Shown piece by piece: positions 21,460-32,000 of a DNA stretch of 32,000 nucleotides. The translations under genes and the position numbers were made by a program. Every line of letters starts with the position of its first letter. Positions within the stretch are counted from its first letter, which is position 1. The stretch covers positions 300,001 to 332,000 of the forward strand of contig NW_008806280.1 of NCBI RefSeq assembly GCF_000400465.1, in the 5' to 3' direction. This DNA comes from Wallemia ichthyophaga EXF-994 (taxonomy: Eukaryota > Fungi > Basidiomycota). Below the pieces are notes generated by a model. The model was not told the DNA's origin, ran no database searches, and worked only from the letters and a program-made list of their open reading frames with translations.

Positions 21460-24400
21460 CTAGCCCATAGTAATCTGCTTCTTCTGAGACTGTTTAGGCT
21501 GATTGAAATTTGAGCCTGGTCTCGACATTATGAGGGCCTGAGTTGAAGTCCTCTCTCTGACGACCTTGGCAATAGTCAAAAGCAGGTCTGATTTTTTCAG
21601 AGGCTTTGTGACATATTCGTCCATGCCAGCATTGATACATCTTTCTCTATCACCCATCATAGCGTGTGCAGTGAGGGCGATGATAGGAGTTCTCTCAAAC
21701 CCGGATTCTCGTTCGAGCTGTCGGATAACTGTTGTTGCCTCTATACCACCCATAACAGGCATGGAAACATCCATTAGAATCAAATCATAAGCTCTGTCTG
21801 TCGCAGCTCTGGATTTCAGTGCCTCGACTGCTAAAGCACCATTTCCGACAATTTCGCATTTATGACCAGATTGCTCAAGGTACTTGGTCGCCAGTTTCTG
21901 ATTGACCACGTTGTCCTCAGCTAGCAGTATGTCATAGTGTTCTTTAGGATCCGTGTCTGCTGACTGGAATGCGAGAGTTTCGAGGGCAGCAAGAAGGGCA
22001 TTACCTAGATCCTGCACATTCGTCGGTGTGGCAACATAAGACGTTATACCCATATCCAAGCACCACTTGAGGTTCAAACGCGGTATGAAAGGTGCGCATA
22101 GTATTATAGGTATGTACCTCAAATGATCGACTTCTCTGAGTCTTTCAGCCACTTGGAAAGAATCAACAACTACCGTGTCTATAATTGGGGCGTGCGGGTG
22201 TCTGATTGATGCTTCCTCTACGGATTGGACCTTGATCAAATGTACTCCAACCTCCTTGAAAACACTCTCGACTCCGGTTTGGTCCTTGTTGCAGTCAACA
22301 AAGAGCAAGCAACGATTCTGCACAGGTGCGAGCTTAGCTTTGATTGACGTTATTGGAAGGTGCTCGACTTGTAATAGCACGGTGAAGTAGAACTGAGAGC
22401 CTTGGTCGTATTTACTCTCAACCCACATTTCACCACCCATTAAGTTGACTAGACGCTTCGAAATCGATAAACCTAAACCTGTACCACCATATTTCTGACA
22501 GGGTTGTCAACGAATGTAGGAAAACGACAACTGACTCACTCTAGTTGTAGACCCATCAGCTTGTGCGAAAGTCTCGAAGATAACCTCCAGTTTATCAGAC
22601 TCAATACCGATACCCGTATCAGCTACGCAGAACTGCAACATTATAGCCCCTTCATTAACATTAGGGGGAACGTCGACCATCTCCACAGACAACGCGATAT
22701 AACCTTGCTGAGTGAATTTGACAGCGTTACCGATCAAATTAGTAATAATCTGCTTAACTCTGAGCGGATCACCGACGACTTGATCAGGGATGTGTGGCTC
22801 AATGTCATAAATCAAATCTAGCTTGTTTTGAGCTGCTTTAGTTGCCAATGTCTTGAGCACAGTGAATATTACCGATCTCAATGAGTACGGTACAGTCTCA
22901 ACAGACATTCTACCAGCTTCTATCTTTGATATATCAAGGATATCGTCAATGATAGCCAGCAGAGATGAAGCCAAGTTAGCAACGATCATCAAATTCTCTC
23001 GTTGAGTTCTCGTCAACTCAGTCTCTAGTGTCAAACCTGTTAGACCAATAATACCATTCATAGGAGTCCTGATTTCGTGCGAGGTATTGGCTAAGAATTC
23101 AGACTTGGATCTGTTTGCCAACTCTGCAGCTTCTCTAGCAGCTGTGTTTCTCTGAATACTCTCACGCAAGTTGTATACCATTTGATTAATCTTAGTCTTG
23201 AGACTGTCCATTTCACCAGAAGCCTCGACCGTAATAAATCGAGTGACATCACCACCAACGGCGGCGGCAGAGATTTGAGCGAAACCTCTGACTTGAGAGG
23301 TGAGGTTGGAAGCCATAGTATTGACAGATTGGGTAATTTCTTGCCATGTACCATCAACATTATCGACTTGAGCCTGTACACCCAATTTACCTTCGGTACC
23401 GACCTCTCTGGCGACTCTGGTGACTTCTGTAGCAAACACTGCCAATCTATCAATCATGGAGTTGATAGTCTGAACGAGTTCGTGGATTTCACCTGATGAT
23501 TGGATAGAAACCTTTTTCGCCAAATCACCTCGAGCTACTGCATTTGTTGCTTCAGCGATAGATCTGACTTGTAGGGTTAAGTTTGCAGCCATTGTGTTAA
23601 CACTGTCGGTAAGAGACTTCCAAGTACCGTCGACACCTTCAACTCTAGCCTGTCCACCCAATTTACCATCGGTACCGACCTCACGAGCGACTCTGGTTAC
23701 TTCATCGGAGAACGTTCTCAATGAACCAACCATACCATTAACCGTTTGTTTCAATTTGAGTATCTCACCCTTGACGTCAACATCAATCTTCTTTGACAAA
23801 TCACCCCTAGCAACAGCAGTAGTGACCTCTGCGATAGATCTGACTTGCGTTGTCAAGTTCAAAGCCATGTGATTAACAGATTCGGTCAACTGTCTCCAAG
23901 TTCCTTCAACATTTGGCACAACAGCTTGTCCACCGAGATTACCATCTGTACCGACCTCACGCGCCACACGTTCGACTTCTGCAGCGAATGTACGAAGTTG
24001 GGCAACCTGTAAAATGTGTGAGGAATGTAGATTCAGGGAAATACACCAACTCACCATGTTATTGACAGTTAATTTCAGTTCGAGAATTTCACCCTGGACA
24101 TCAACATCAACAGTCTTGGTAAGGTCACCTTTGGCAACTGATTTTGTGACTTGAGCGATCTCTCTTACTTGTGATGTAAGGTTTGCAGCCATCTTGTTGA
24201 CGTTGTGGGTTAGTTCCGCCCACGTACCTTCAACACCTTCGACAACAGCCTGTCCACCAAGTTTACCCTGTGTACCTACTTCGAGAGACACCCTAGAGAT
24301 CTCTCTAGCAAATATACGTAATTGACCAACCATACCATTGACGGTATCTTTAAGCAGGGCCATTTCACCTTCAGCCAAGATATTAATAGTCTGCGAAAGA

Positions 24401-25717
24401 TCACCGCGGGCGACAGCCGTTGTTACCGAACCAATAGATCTTACTTGATTGGTCAAGTTGGTACACATTCGATTGACGTTAATTGTCAAATCTTTCCATA
24501 CACCCTCGAGATCTTTATCTTCAGCTTGACCACCTAATTTACCTTGAGAACCGACTTCAAGAGAAACACGAGTGACTTCCGCCGCAAGATGATTCAACTG
24601 TACAACCATACCATTTATCGTCATTTTCAATTCGAGAATTTCACCATTGGCTTCAACTTCAATAGTTTTTGTTAGATCACCTTTAGCGACAGCCTTTGTA
24701 ACTTCAGCGATAGATCTGACCTGATTTGTAAGATTTGCAGCTAGACTGTTTACCGTATCTGTAAGTTCTCGCCAAGTCCCGTCAACACCTTCGACGACGG
24801 CCTGACCACCGAGTTTACCTTGGGAGCCGACTTCAAGGGAAACACGAGTAACTTCAGTAGCGAAAGTACGTAATCTGTCAACCATAGAATTGATAATATC
24901 CTTCAATTCGACCATAACATGACCTTGAACGGGAACAACGATTTTCTGAGACAAGTCACCATTAGCAACAGCCTTACAGACTCTTGCGACATCCTGTACC
25001 TGAGCCTTGAGTAATCTTAACTCCTCAGAGGGATCAATAGGGTTTTCGTGTGGATCGATGGGATTTGCGAGGAACATGAGTGGATTTGGAAGGGGTAAGT
25101 GAGCCAATTGAGATTTATCGAGAGTAACATTTTCATTATTTGAAGAAGCCGTTGAAAGAGCGTTGGCGGCAGCGCCAGCTAAGTCCGTGAGAGGGTTGTT
25201 AGGATCGAGGGGGAGAGGCTGAGGGCGAAGCTGCGGAGTCTGGTGTTCGTTTGAATCGGAAGGAGCTTTGTTTGAGTTTTCGCTTGTGTCTGAAGTGTGA
25301 GACGATGTAGTGTCCTTATCCTTGTCCTTGTTAGGATTCTGAGTTTGAGCCTGTACGGCTAAGAAGGCGGCAGAGATAGTTTCAGCTTTTCTCAAGCGCT
25401 CCGCTAGTCTTGAGATATGGTCCTCAATTGCACCCATAAGTTCATCCTGGAGTGGATAATCAGCGGAATTCCAAACAGAAAGCACAACGCACCTTCTGAG
25501 GGCCTTCCCAAGGATCGAATGACCACGGAGGGAGAGAAACATTTGACGGTAACTTGCCTGCTTTGATTGCGGGTGCGAGTGGAATGGGCGAAGGAGACGC
25601 AGATAGGCTATTGAGAACCGTGTGCAAATGGCCCAAGAACATGGCGGATTTGTTTGAGTAGCGCGAGTGGTTTGGCAGTGTACCTGCTGATGTCCCTGAC
25701 GACGGTTGCCTGTCCAT
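21460..25717 (-). CDS. NIK1: Group III hybrid histidine kinase (NIK1/OS-1/TCO1 type): poly-HAMP, HisKA, HATPase, degenerate receiver, receiver; about 1372 aa
   Basis: Exons 25717-25493, 25446-24055, 24006-22540, 22494-21460; introns 46, 48, 45 nt. H-box SHEIRTP, N-box [11 protein letters not shown]1 DTGIGI, G2 TTR|KYGGTGLGL, receiver LAEDNVVNQ...[14 protein letters not shown]. Confidence 0.96.
23165..25005 (-). repeat. Coding tandem repeat with about 92-aa (about 276-nt) period: poly-HAMP array, 13 HAMP units
   Basis: Seven ..V.KAVA.GD(L/V).. units alternate with six EV.RV..EVG..G.LG.QA units in the translation. Confidence 0.9.
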
Positions 25718-25929
25718 CGCAGTCGTTGGCTCAACTCGCAATTTCTTCGATGGCCTGTCTGTGGGAGATAAACTGGGCCTTAAATCCTGGCCTTGATTGT
25801 TGTTAAGTGACACTTTCTTTGGTTTTAAAGGGAGACTCGTTTCCGCTCTCCCGATGTTCAGTGTTTAGATTGAGCCGACTGAGATAAACAACAAAGTTGG
25901 ATCAAATTACAAAACTTTTTTTTATTCTT

Positions 25930-28900
25930 TCAAGCCAGTCCAGCAGCAAGATATGATGTGAGCGATACTACTTCGTCGTAGCCTATCTTGAGTAGTATCC
26001 GCACCATTTCCCGCTGCACTTCTCCCCGATTGCGTTCCAACCTCTGCAGGCTAAGATGCGATAAGTTCCATAGCCGTGCGTCGGTTTCTGCGACCACTGT
26101 GCAATTCCTTTTTGAGCCTGAGATTCCTGATATTTCACCCGCCACCGTCCCCGTCAGCATTGTTTCATCTACTGGTGAACTGTGTCCATCGAACATGTAA
26201 GTAGCCCTGAGAATACCCCTCTCAATGAGATAATAGCTGTGTTTTCTAGTCAGCCTTTATCTGCTTCATTCAATCCATTCCTACCCGTTTGGCTCTTCAT
26301 TCTGTCTCCAAAGAATATCACCCGCCTTGAGATCCACTGGGGTGAAATATGGTGCGAGTTGTCTATAAAAGTCGATATGAGCATCAGTGTATGTCTTGAA
26401 TGTACCAATGATAAGCGATAGAGGTTGAGGATGTTTTTGGTGATTATCCTCACTCTCACCCTCACTCTCCTCCTCGCTGTCGAACACGTTAAGATTCTTT
26501 GATATACTACCAACTCTAGGAGTCTGGCCACCGTCAACCTCCTCTTCCTCCTCAAGGGGCGAGCAATTAAGCGCCAAGTTCTGAGTATGGACGTGTCCTT
26601 GATGAGCGTCTTCAGTAAAGTTGGCAGCGTCTTGAATGAGATTGTTACGCGGACTAGTTGACATACTTTCCGATATCCTAAACGCCATTTTATTATTATG
26701 TTTCTTCGGAAACTCCACCCCACCCGTCAGCGCGAGTGTCTGATATTTCTTATGCGACGCTGGATGTGAGTAGAGTCCTCTAAGATAAGAATTCTCGACG
26801 TATTCGAGTGCATCGTTGAGATCCTTCGCGACCTCTAGTCTGAATTCCTCCATATCAGACCAACACCCAACACTACGCAGTGCGATCCCAATGTTAGACT
26901 CTGGCGACTCGATCCCACAGAGCACGAGCGTCACATGTCGCGCGACGAGCAGCCGCGCGATACGAACAAACGATTCGGCTGCGGAGAAATCGACACCACT
27001 GACCAGCCTTAAATCTAGAATTAGGAAGCGCAGTGGGTTTTTGTCCCACTGAGCCGCATCGAGCATCTCCCTTGTCATCTCCTCCACTACGCTGATAGTA
27101 CCAAAGAAAAGGAAACCTTGCAATCGCATCACCTGCGTCTGCTTACCGACACGATGCAGGAAGGAGCGTTGGATGGCGTGTCGCCTCACTGTAGACTTGA
27201 GCGACTGTCCATTAAACACCGCTCGAACGGGCCGACGACGGGCGTTTTGCACTACGAAGAAGAGACATGCGAGGATTATCCCAATAATAACACCGAACAC
27301 AAAATCGAACAGTGTCATACTAACAATGATAGCCCACATTGTAAAATACTCAAGCTTGTTCACCTTCCCGAAGGTGTCCCAAACGGCTTCCTTGACGAGA
27401 TCGATCCCGAGGACAAAAATGAGCGTACCAACAGCCATAACAGGTATGAACGAGATGGCGCCTGGTCCAACGAGGGCTATTCCGACTGTTGCGAGTGTTA
27501 GCATATACCCAGACAGCTTACTCCCCCCGCCCGTTCTGTAGAAGAGTACAGAATTTGAGTAGACGAGGTAGTTGGGGAAGGTGCCAAGCAAGCCAGCCAA
27601 AGTGTTGGAGTAGCCATGCGCCACTAGCTCTTTATCGAGATCCACATTATCGACATCTAAACTGACACCTGGTAATTTGGTTTAGTAAAACCCACTGCTG
27701 AAGACGAAATTCTTACTCAGAGCCGGAACGTTAAGAGGTACGTGCAGTACGCTAAAAAATACAAGCGCAAGCTGGGTCGGTAGGGTCTCAAGTATACCCT
27801 TCCAGCTTACCGCTTTGAAATCAAAGTAGGAGTAGAATCTGTAAAAGGGCGCATTGGCACCGTCACCGACGTCAAAAATCCAATTGAGTTGACGAAGTTT
27901 GTCAAGTGGTATGTGAGCAGAGAGGACGACAATGTAGAAGATAATGGGAACGAAGATGAGGAAGACGGGTGTGATGAGTGGGTTGGAGAAGAAGTATGTG
28001 AGGATCCGCAGTACTACTGCCAGACACAGAGCGGGAAACCACTGCGAGAAAACTCTAAGATTGGTGAAGAGAAAAGAGATAGTAGACCAGCTATAAGTGA
28101 AACCTTCATTGTTAAGCCCAGCGGTGATCTCCAGTCCCGTTTCGAGGAGAAATACACCGACGCCGCCAATAGATCCAACGAGAATATGACGCGGGAAAAA
28201 CCCTATGAAAGCACCGAGTCTCATCTTTCCGAGGAGAAAGAAAGTGAGACCTACGAGCAAGCTGGAGAGAGCGAAGGTGACCATAGTAGTAGAAATGATT
28301 TCGTGTTTATTGGATGTGCTCTTCTCGATGATATCGACAAGGATATGGAAAAAAGGGACAGTCTCGATGATCATGGAGCCATTTCCACCAGAGAAGACGC
28401 TGCCGCCTGAGCTAAAGACGAGCTGACTAACAATGCAAGTGACGAGGAACATGGAGACGCCATCACCGCCAAAACCGGTAAAGGTTCTGCCTGGGGGAAA
28501 GGCGATCATGCCATAACTGACACCGTCGAGAATGTTGAGCATAAGGCCGAGCATTGTGGCAGGAATGACCTCCGAGACGGATTTGGCGGAGTATTTGAGG
28601 CTGTTTAAGATAAGCCTTGGTTTTGAGAGTTTTGATTGGCTGTTTTGATTGGATATATGGTCTGGGTGGTGGTATAGCAGAGGCGTAGAGTCGTTTGGGG
28701 GAGTTGGAGGGGTGACTTCGATGTGAGAAGTGCTTTGTGGGTTTTGAGAGTTTCTATGTCTAATTGAGGCCAAGTCCAAGTGTTTGTCTGAATCTCTTCT
28801 GGCTTCACCGATAACATCTAAAGAGTTATCCAGAGGGTTCTCGTCGTCGTGAACATTGTCATCCTCATCATCACGCTCATCGATTGGATTTTCATGTTCA

Positions 28901-29124
28901 AAGCTGAAATCGAATTCGTCGTGGCTACCCGATTCGTTCTCGGACATGGCCAAATTGGCTAAGTGAGCCGTCTTTGCTCTGTTTTCTGGACCAACTGAGA
29001 AATCCTGGGATCTGTGATTTGTGGGGTGAGCGGGTGCAATGCCTACAAACAAACCCACGCACTCTTCATCATTATTTGAAATGAAGCTATTTCTAGTCCT
29101 CCTCACTGAAGAATATGACGCCAT
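25930..29124 (-). CDS. SulP/SLC26 transporter with STAS and cNMP-binding domains, VSB1 (YGR125W)-like, 1032 aa
   Basis: Exons 29124-27717, 27668-26285, 26236-25930 (two 48-nt introns). Acidic N-tail; PATMLGLMLNILDGVSYGMI, ETVPFFH, GFFPRHILVG, LHVPLNVPAL|SVSLD, ELVAHGYSN, STAS RLQGFLFFGT and VSGVDFSAAE, C-terminal cNMP-like YLIERGILRATY. Confidence 0.92.
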
Positions 29125-29749
29125 CCAGTTCTATTTCCTTATTTCCAATTTCTCACTTGATGACAGCAACTGCTGATAAGAGCAGGATCGGCGAGAAAAT
29201 CCTGATAAGGAGAGAATTTTCTCCCCTGAGCTGAATAATTGCACAAGGACAACCAGATAAGTATTAAAAGTAAAAGAGGTATATAAGGTATACAATTGAT
29301 ATTTACGTGTAAAAATCCACCACCACCTAAGCTTTAGTTAGTACTTAATTTTAATAGCACCCAATCACAGCCCAAATAAGTCTCAGGCATTTACTTTTAC
29401 TCTTATTGGTTGACATCAAAAGTTATCAGGCCTATCATACGGACATCATCGACGTTGTGGGCTGTTGAGGCTGTATAGATAACTTACAGTAATTATATTC
29501 GGAGTGGATTTTACTGTGGTAATATCCACACTTGCACATCCACTCCATCCTCAACGTCCATTTCCAACCCGCGTCATGTGCTTTTTGAGAGCCGAGAAAT
29601 TTTAATTTCAAAATGGAAAATGGAAAATTTTGAGCACTCACTGAGCAGCAAATGGTGACTAAGGGGGGAGGGGGGTGTAAAAGATTTTATACAACACACA
29701 CGCTCAACTTCAACAAACACGTGCTAGTATGTGATAATAAGACATACCC

Positions 29750-30733
29750 CTACACCCCTCTAAACGTGTGTATGAGTTTAGGTGGCAGTTCATCGCTCCT
29801 CGCTGACCAAGATTCCCAGAATGCTTGCTCGTTAGTTTCGTTCAAATGGTGAAGCTGGTTGATCCGGCATTCTGCCTCTGTGCGCACGCGATCGATTTCC
29901 TTGACGAGGGAAGCCTGACGATCGAATTCGTTTCTCAGGGAGAGATTAGAGCGAACATACGCGGCGTACACCTCCAAGATGTGATCAGCCTGTTGGTGCA
30001 GCGCATGTATCTCACCCTGAAGCGTGTCGACATATTTCTCTATATCCGACTGTAGGGTGTGAGATTGAGCAAGAGATTCCCTTACCTCCCCTTTATCCTC
30101 CAACGCCTCCACTCTGGCCTGCAGACTGCGCATGCACTCTTCGTAGCGCGCGCGCAGACTGTCCGACCTCGAGCGCACACCTTCAGCATCGCCTAGCGCA
30201 CTCTCACTTTCGCTCACAATACTCGCCAGCTCGTCTACGTCACCATTCAGGATACTCATCTCGTCCGCTGTCAAGTTGTGGTCGGCATCCGCATCGATCA
30301 GCTGCGTCCAATGCACATGCACCGATGCGAGATGTGCGTTGAGAGTTGGGTGTATGTTCTGCCTAAACGCATCTAACCATGCTTCTACTCCCCGGAACTC
30401 ATCTAGCAGTGCATATCGACTTGGGAGTGGTCCTGCGTTGAGGAGCATTGTGAGACATCGCAGCAAATTTTTCGACGAGTACCCTGCCTGTGTGAGCGAT
30501 TGCTGGTACTGGTGCAGCGAGGTGATTATTGTGTTGAATACGTCTGTATCAACATACTCGGAGAAGGTGGAAGGGGTGTTGTGGTAGAAGGGAGAGTCTG
30601 AGGAATGTGTGGTATGTGTAGTGTGTGTAGGCAGCTGTATAGCGTCTAGCTGCAGAGCAGATTCTTTAAGCTTGGCCAGGTAGCTGCTTGTGATGCTTTT
30701 CAAGTGCTGGGCGGGTGTGTGAGATGACGTCAT
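29750..30733 (-). CDS. Hypothetical protein, about 327 aa, helical with a predicted coiled-coil C-terminal half
   Basis: Long intronless ORF, first ATG at 30733. Heptad-like E/L/R/Q-rich region (SLRARYEECMRSLQARVEALEDK). No family recognised. Confidence 0.7.
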   Translation of the reverse strand: MTSSHTPAQHLKSITSSYLAKLKESALQLDAIQLPTHTTHTTHSSDSPFYHNTPSTFSEYVDTDVFNTIITSLHQYQQSLTQAGYSSKNLLRCLTMLLNAGPLPSRYALLDEFRGVEAWLDAFRQNIHPTLNAHLASVHVHWTQLIDADADHNLTADEMSILNGDVDELASIVSESESALGDAEGVRSRSDSLRARYEECMRSLQARVEALEDKGEVRESLAQSHTLQSDIEKYVDTLQGEIHALHQQADHILEVYAAYVRSNLSLRNEFDRQASLVKEIDRVRTEAECRINQLHHLNETNEQAFWESWSARSDELPPKLIHTFRGV

Positions 30734-31023
30734 GTACACAAACCACACTGACTACGTCGATAGAGTTTATTTTAACGTATCGGGTGTGTAGCTGGTGAAT
30801 CTGTAGCTGATTTGACTATTGTAGATTAGAAATATCACCAGTGCGCCACCCTCCACGCACTTGAAGGAGCTGATTACACCTTGTGATAACACAATCAAGG
30901 TGACTATCCAACTGAGAGCATCTAGATTGATTAGATTTGACCACATCATGCGCTTGAATCATCAGCTTTTCAATTTTATTGAGATTTTGTATGTATTTCT
31001 TCGATTTGATCACAGCTTCAATC

Positions 31024-31491
31024 ATGGCGGGTGAGAATGAAGCGATTACGCTGGACGAAATCCTGCCTATAGACGATAGCATGATAGAATATACCGAGAA
31101 GAGGGATAGATTTGCTGATATGTTCGAGCGCAGTGTGAGCAGCTTCGAGGGGAATGTGATGATTCTCGACAAGTACTGGTACAGCGACGATAAAAAGCTG
31201 GATAAAGTTACGCAATTTCTCCCGCACGCTGCAGAATTCAAGCTGAACGGATTGTATTATAATAGCCAATTTGAAGGCTGCTTGAAGGCATGTTTAGAGT
31301 TGCTGGGAAAACACAGCGAGTTGAGCGATAACAAGGAGATAAGGGATATCGTGATGAGGTCATTGAATAGATTAGAGGGGAGTGTAAAAGATGGCTATGT
31401 GGATTGGCTGTGTAGTAGGTACCCTTCTATACTGGCTAATGAAGCTGGCGTAGAAGACTCCAAGTTGTATAGAAGTGTAAAAGAGTTGTAA
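31024..31491 (+). CDS. Hypothetical acidic protein, 155 aa
   Basis: Intronless ORF from ATG 31024 (ATCATGG context), divergent from the 30733 gene. No family recognised. Confidence 0.6.
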   Translation: MAGENEAITLDEILPIDDSMIEYTEKRDRFADMFERSVSSFEGNVMILDKYWYSDDKKLDKVTQFLPHAAEFKLNGLYYNSQFEGCLKACLELLGKHSELSDNKEIRDIVMRSLNRLEGSVKDGYVDWLCSRYPSILANEAGVEDSKLYRSVKEL

Positions 31492-31528
31492 TTTAAATTC
31501 ATTTCCTCGTTGTTCTCCTACTTCCATT

Positions 31529-32000
31529 ATGGCCGATAACAGCGTAATCGATACCCTCACGGATAATCTAATCAATGAGATTCTATTTGAAATTGTCTTG
31601 GAAGCTAAGACGACGAGTACCAAGATGGATCTTCAGCGACAACAGTTGCAGTCCTCGTCGCTGCCTTCGTTGCAGCAGCAGCAGCAGCAAACCCACTTGC
31701 AATCCAACAACCCACGCGCATCCGGCGTTTCAAAAGGTCAAGGCGATCCACTAAACCCCAATTTCGAATGCTTGATATGCAATAGGTGGATTTCGTGCAA
31801 CCGATACGCACCGCACTTGAACAATTGTCTAGGGTTGAGGGGATCTAGGGGATCTACGAGAGCGGCAGCGAGTGTGGCAAGTGGGGCAAGTCAGGCGAGC
31901 TCAACACACTCCAACACAACAAACAACACAGCAGCCACCCACAAGCCGCCTACCAAACACACCAACTCGCACAGCAACTCAAGTAAGTTTGACTACTTGG
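31529..32000 (+). CDS. SGF11: SAGA deubiquitination module subunit SGF11 (ATXN7L3 homolog), 3'-partial; absent from the ORF track
   Basis: Frame is open from ATG 31529 to the window end. N-terminal helix DTLTDNLINEILFEIVLEA (Sus1-binding-like), then zinc finger FECLICNRWISCNRYAPHLNNCLG (Cx2C...H...C of Sgf11). Probable donor GTAAGT at 31983. Confidence 0.88.
   Translation, partial: MADNSVIDTLTDNLINEILFEIVLEAKTTSTKMDLQRQQLQSSSLPSLQQQQQQTHLQSNNPRASGVSKGQGDPLNPNFECLICNRWISCNRYAPHLNNCLGLRGSRGSTRAAASVASGASQASSTHSNTTNNTAATHKPPTKHTNSHSNSSKFDYL
31673..31690 (+). repeat. (CAG)5CAA coding microsatellite, poly-Gln6 in SGF11
   Basis: TTG CAG CAG CAG CAG CAG CAA in frame with ATG 31529. Confidence 0.85.

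Noticed and set aside
23165-25005. Regularly spaced DNA repeats that could suggest a CRISPR-like or mobile array
   Set aside because: They are degenerate coding HAMP repeats in a eukaryotic gene; no identical repeat-spacer structure, transposase, LTR or TIR anywhere in the window.
25447-25734. First part of the 1075-aa track ORF (MSQRLRWTG...)
   Set aside because: Wrong frame. The real exon 1 is in the frame of track ORF 25460..25813 and splices through intron 25447-25492 (GPQK|DELMGAIE).
27118-28426. Plus-strand ORFs opposite the SulP gene (e.g. 27889-28410), and similar antisense ORFs over FAS, ValRS and the kinase
   Set aside because: Shadow ORFs caused by codon bias of the real gene on the other strand; no motifs or independent signals.
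29435-29641. 68-aa minus-strand ORF upstream of the SulP gene
   Set aside because: Non-ATG start in AT-rich, promoter-like sequence, with no splice support and no recognisable motif.

Overview
Very gene-dense fungal DNA, most likely a basidiomycete with a compact genome. Wallemia-like is an inference from the 43-59 nt introns, the tiny intergenic gaps, a fused FAS, an Agaricus-type mannitol dehydrogenase and a 13-HAMP group III kinase. I reconstructed 16 protein-coding genes with 29 coding-region introns by hand, and reading frames are kept across all of them. In order: 3' part of a fused type I fatty acid synthase, an orphan membrane protein, RPC40/AC40, an MRH4-like DEAD-box helicase, NADP-mannitol dehydrogenase, RBX1, a p24 cargo receptor, KSH1/Kish, valyl-tRNA synthetase, QCR10, a small hydrophilin-like protein, a small secreted protein, a group III hybrid histidine kinase (NIK1/OS-1 type), a VSB1-like SulP-STAS-cNMP transporter, two orphans, and SGF11 (partial). 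Counting the two orphans separately gives 17 entries. KSH1, QCR10 and SGF11 are not represented as proteins in the ORF track. I see no mobile element, CRISPR array, rRNA, tRNA or clearly novel multi-gene system; most genes are housekeeping. The most unusual signals are architectural: divergent start codons 17 bp apart in a quasi-palindrome, stop codons 9 bp apart, a uORF plus two in-frame ATGs on ValRS, a start codon split by an intron, a possible 2-nt micro-exon, and an atypical H-box and stop-free intron in the kinase. Family assignments come from recalled motifs, not from database searches.
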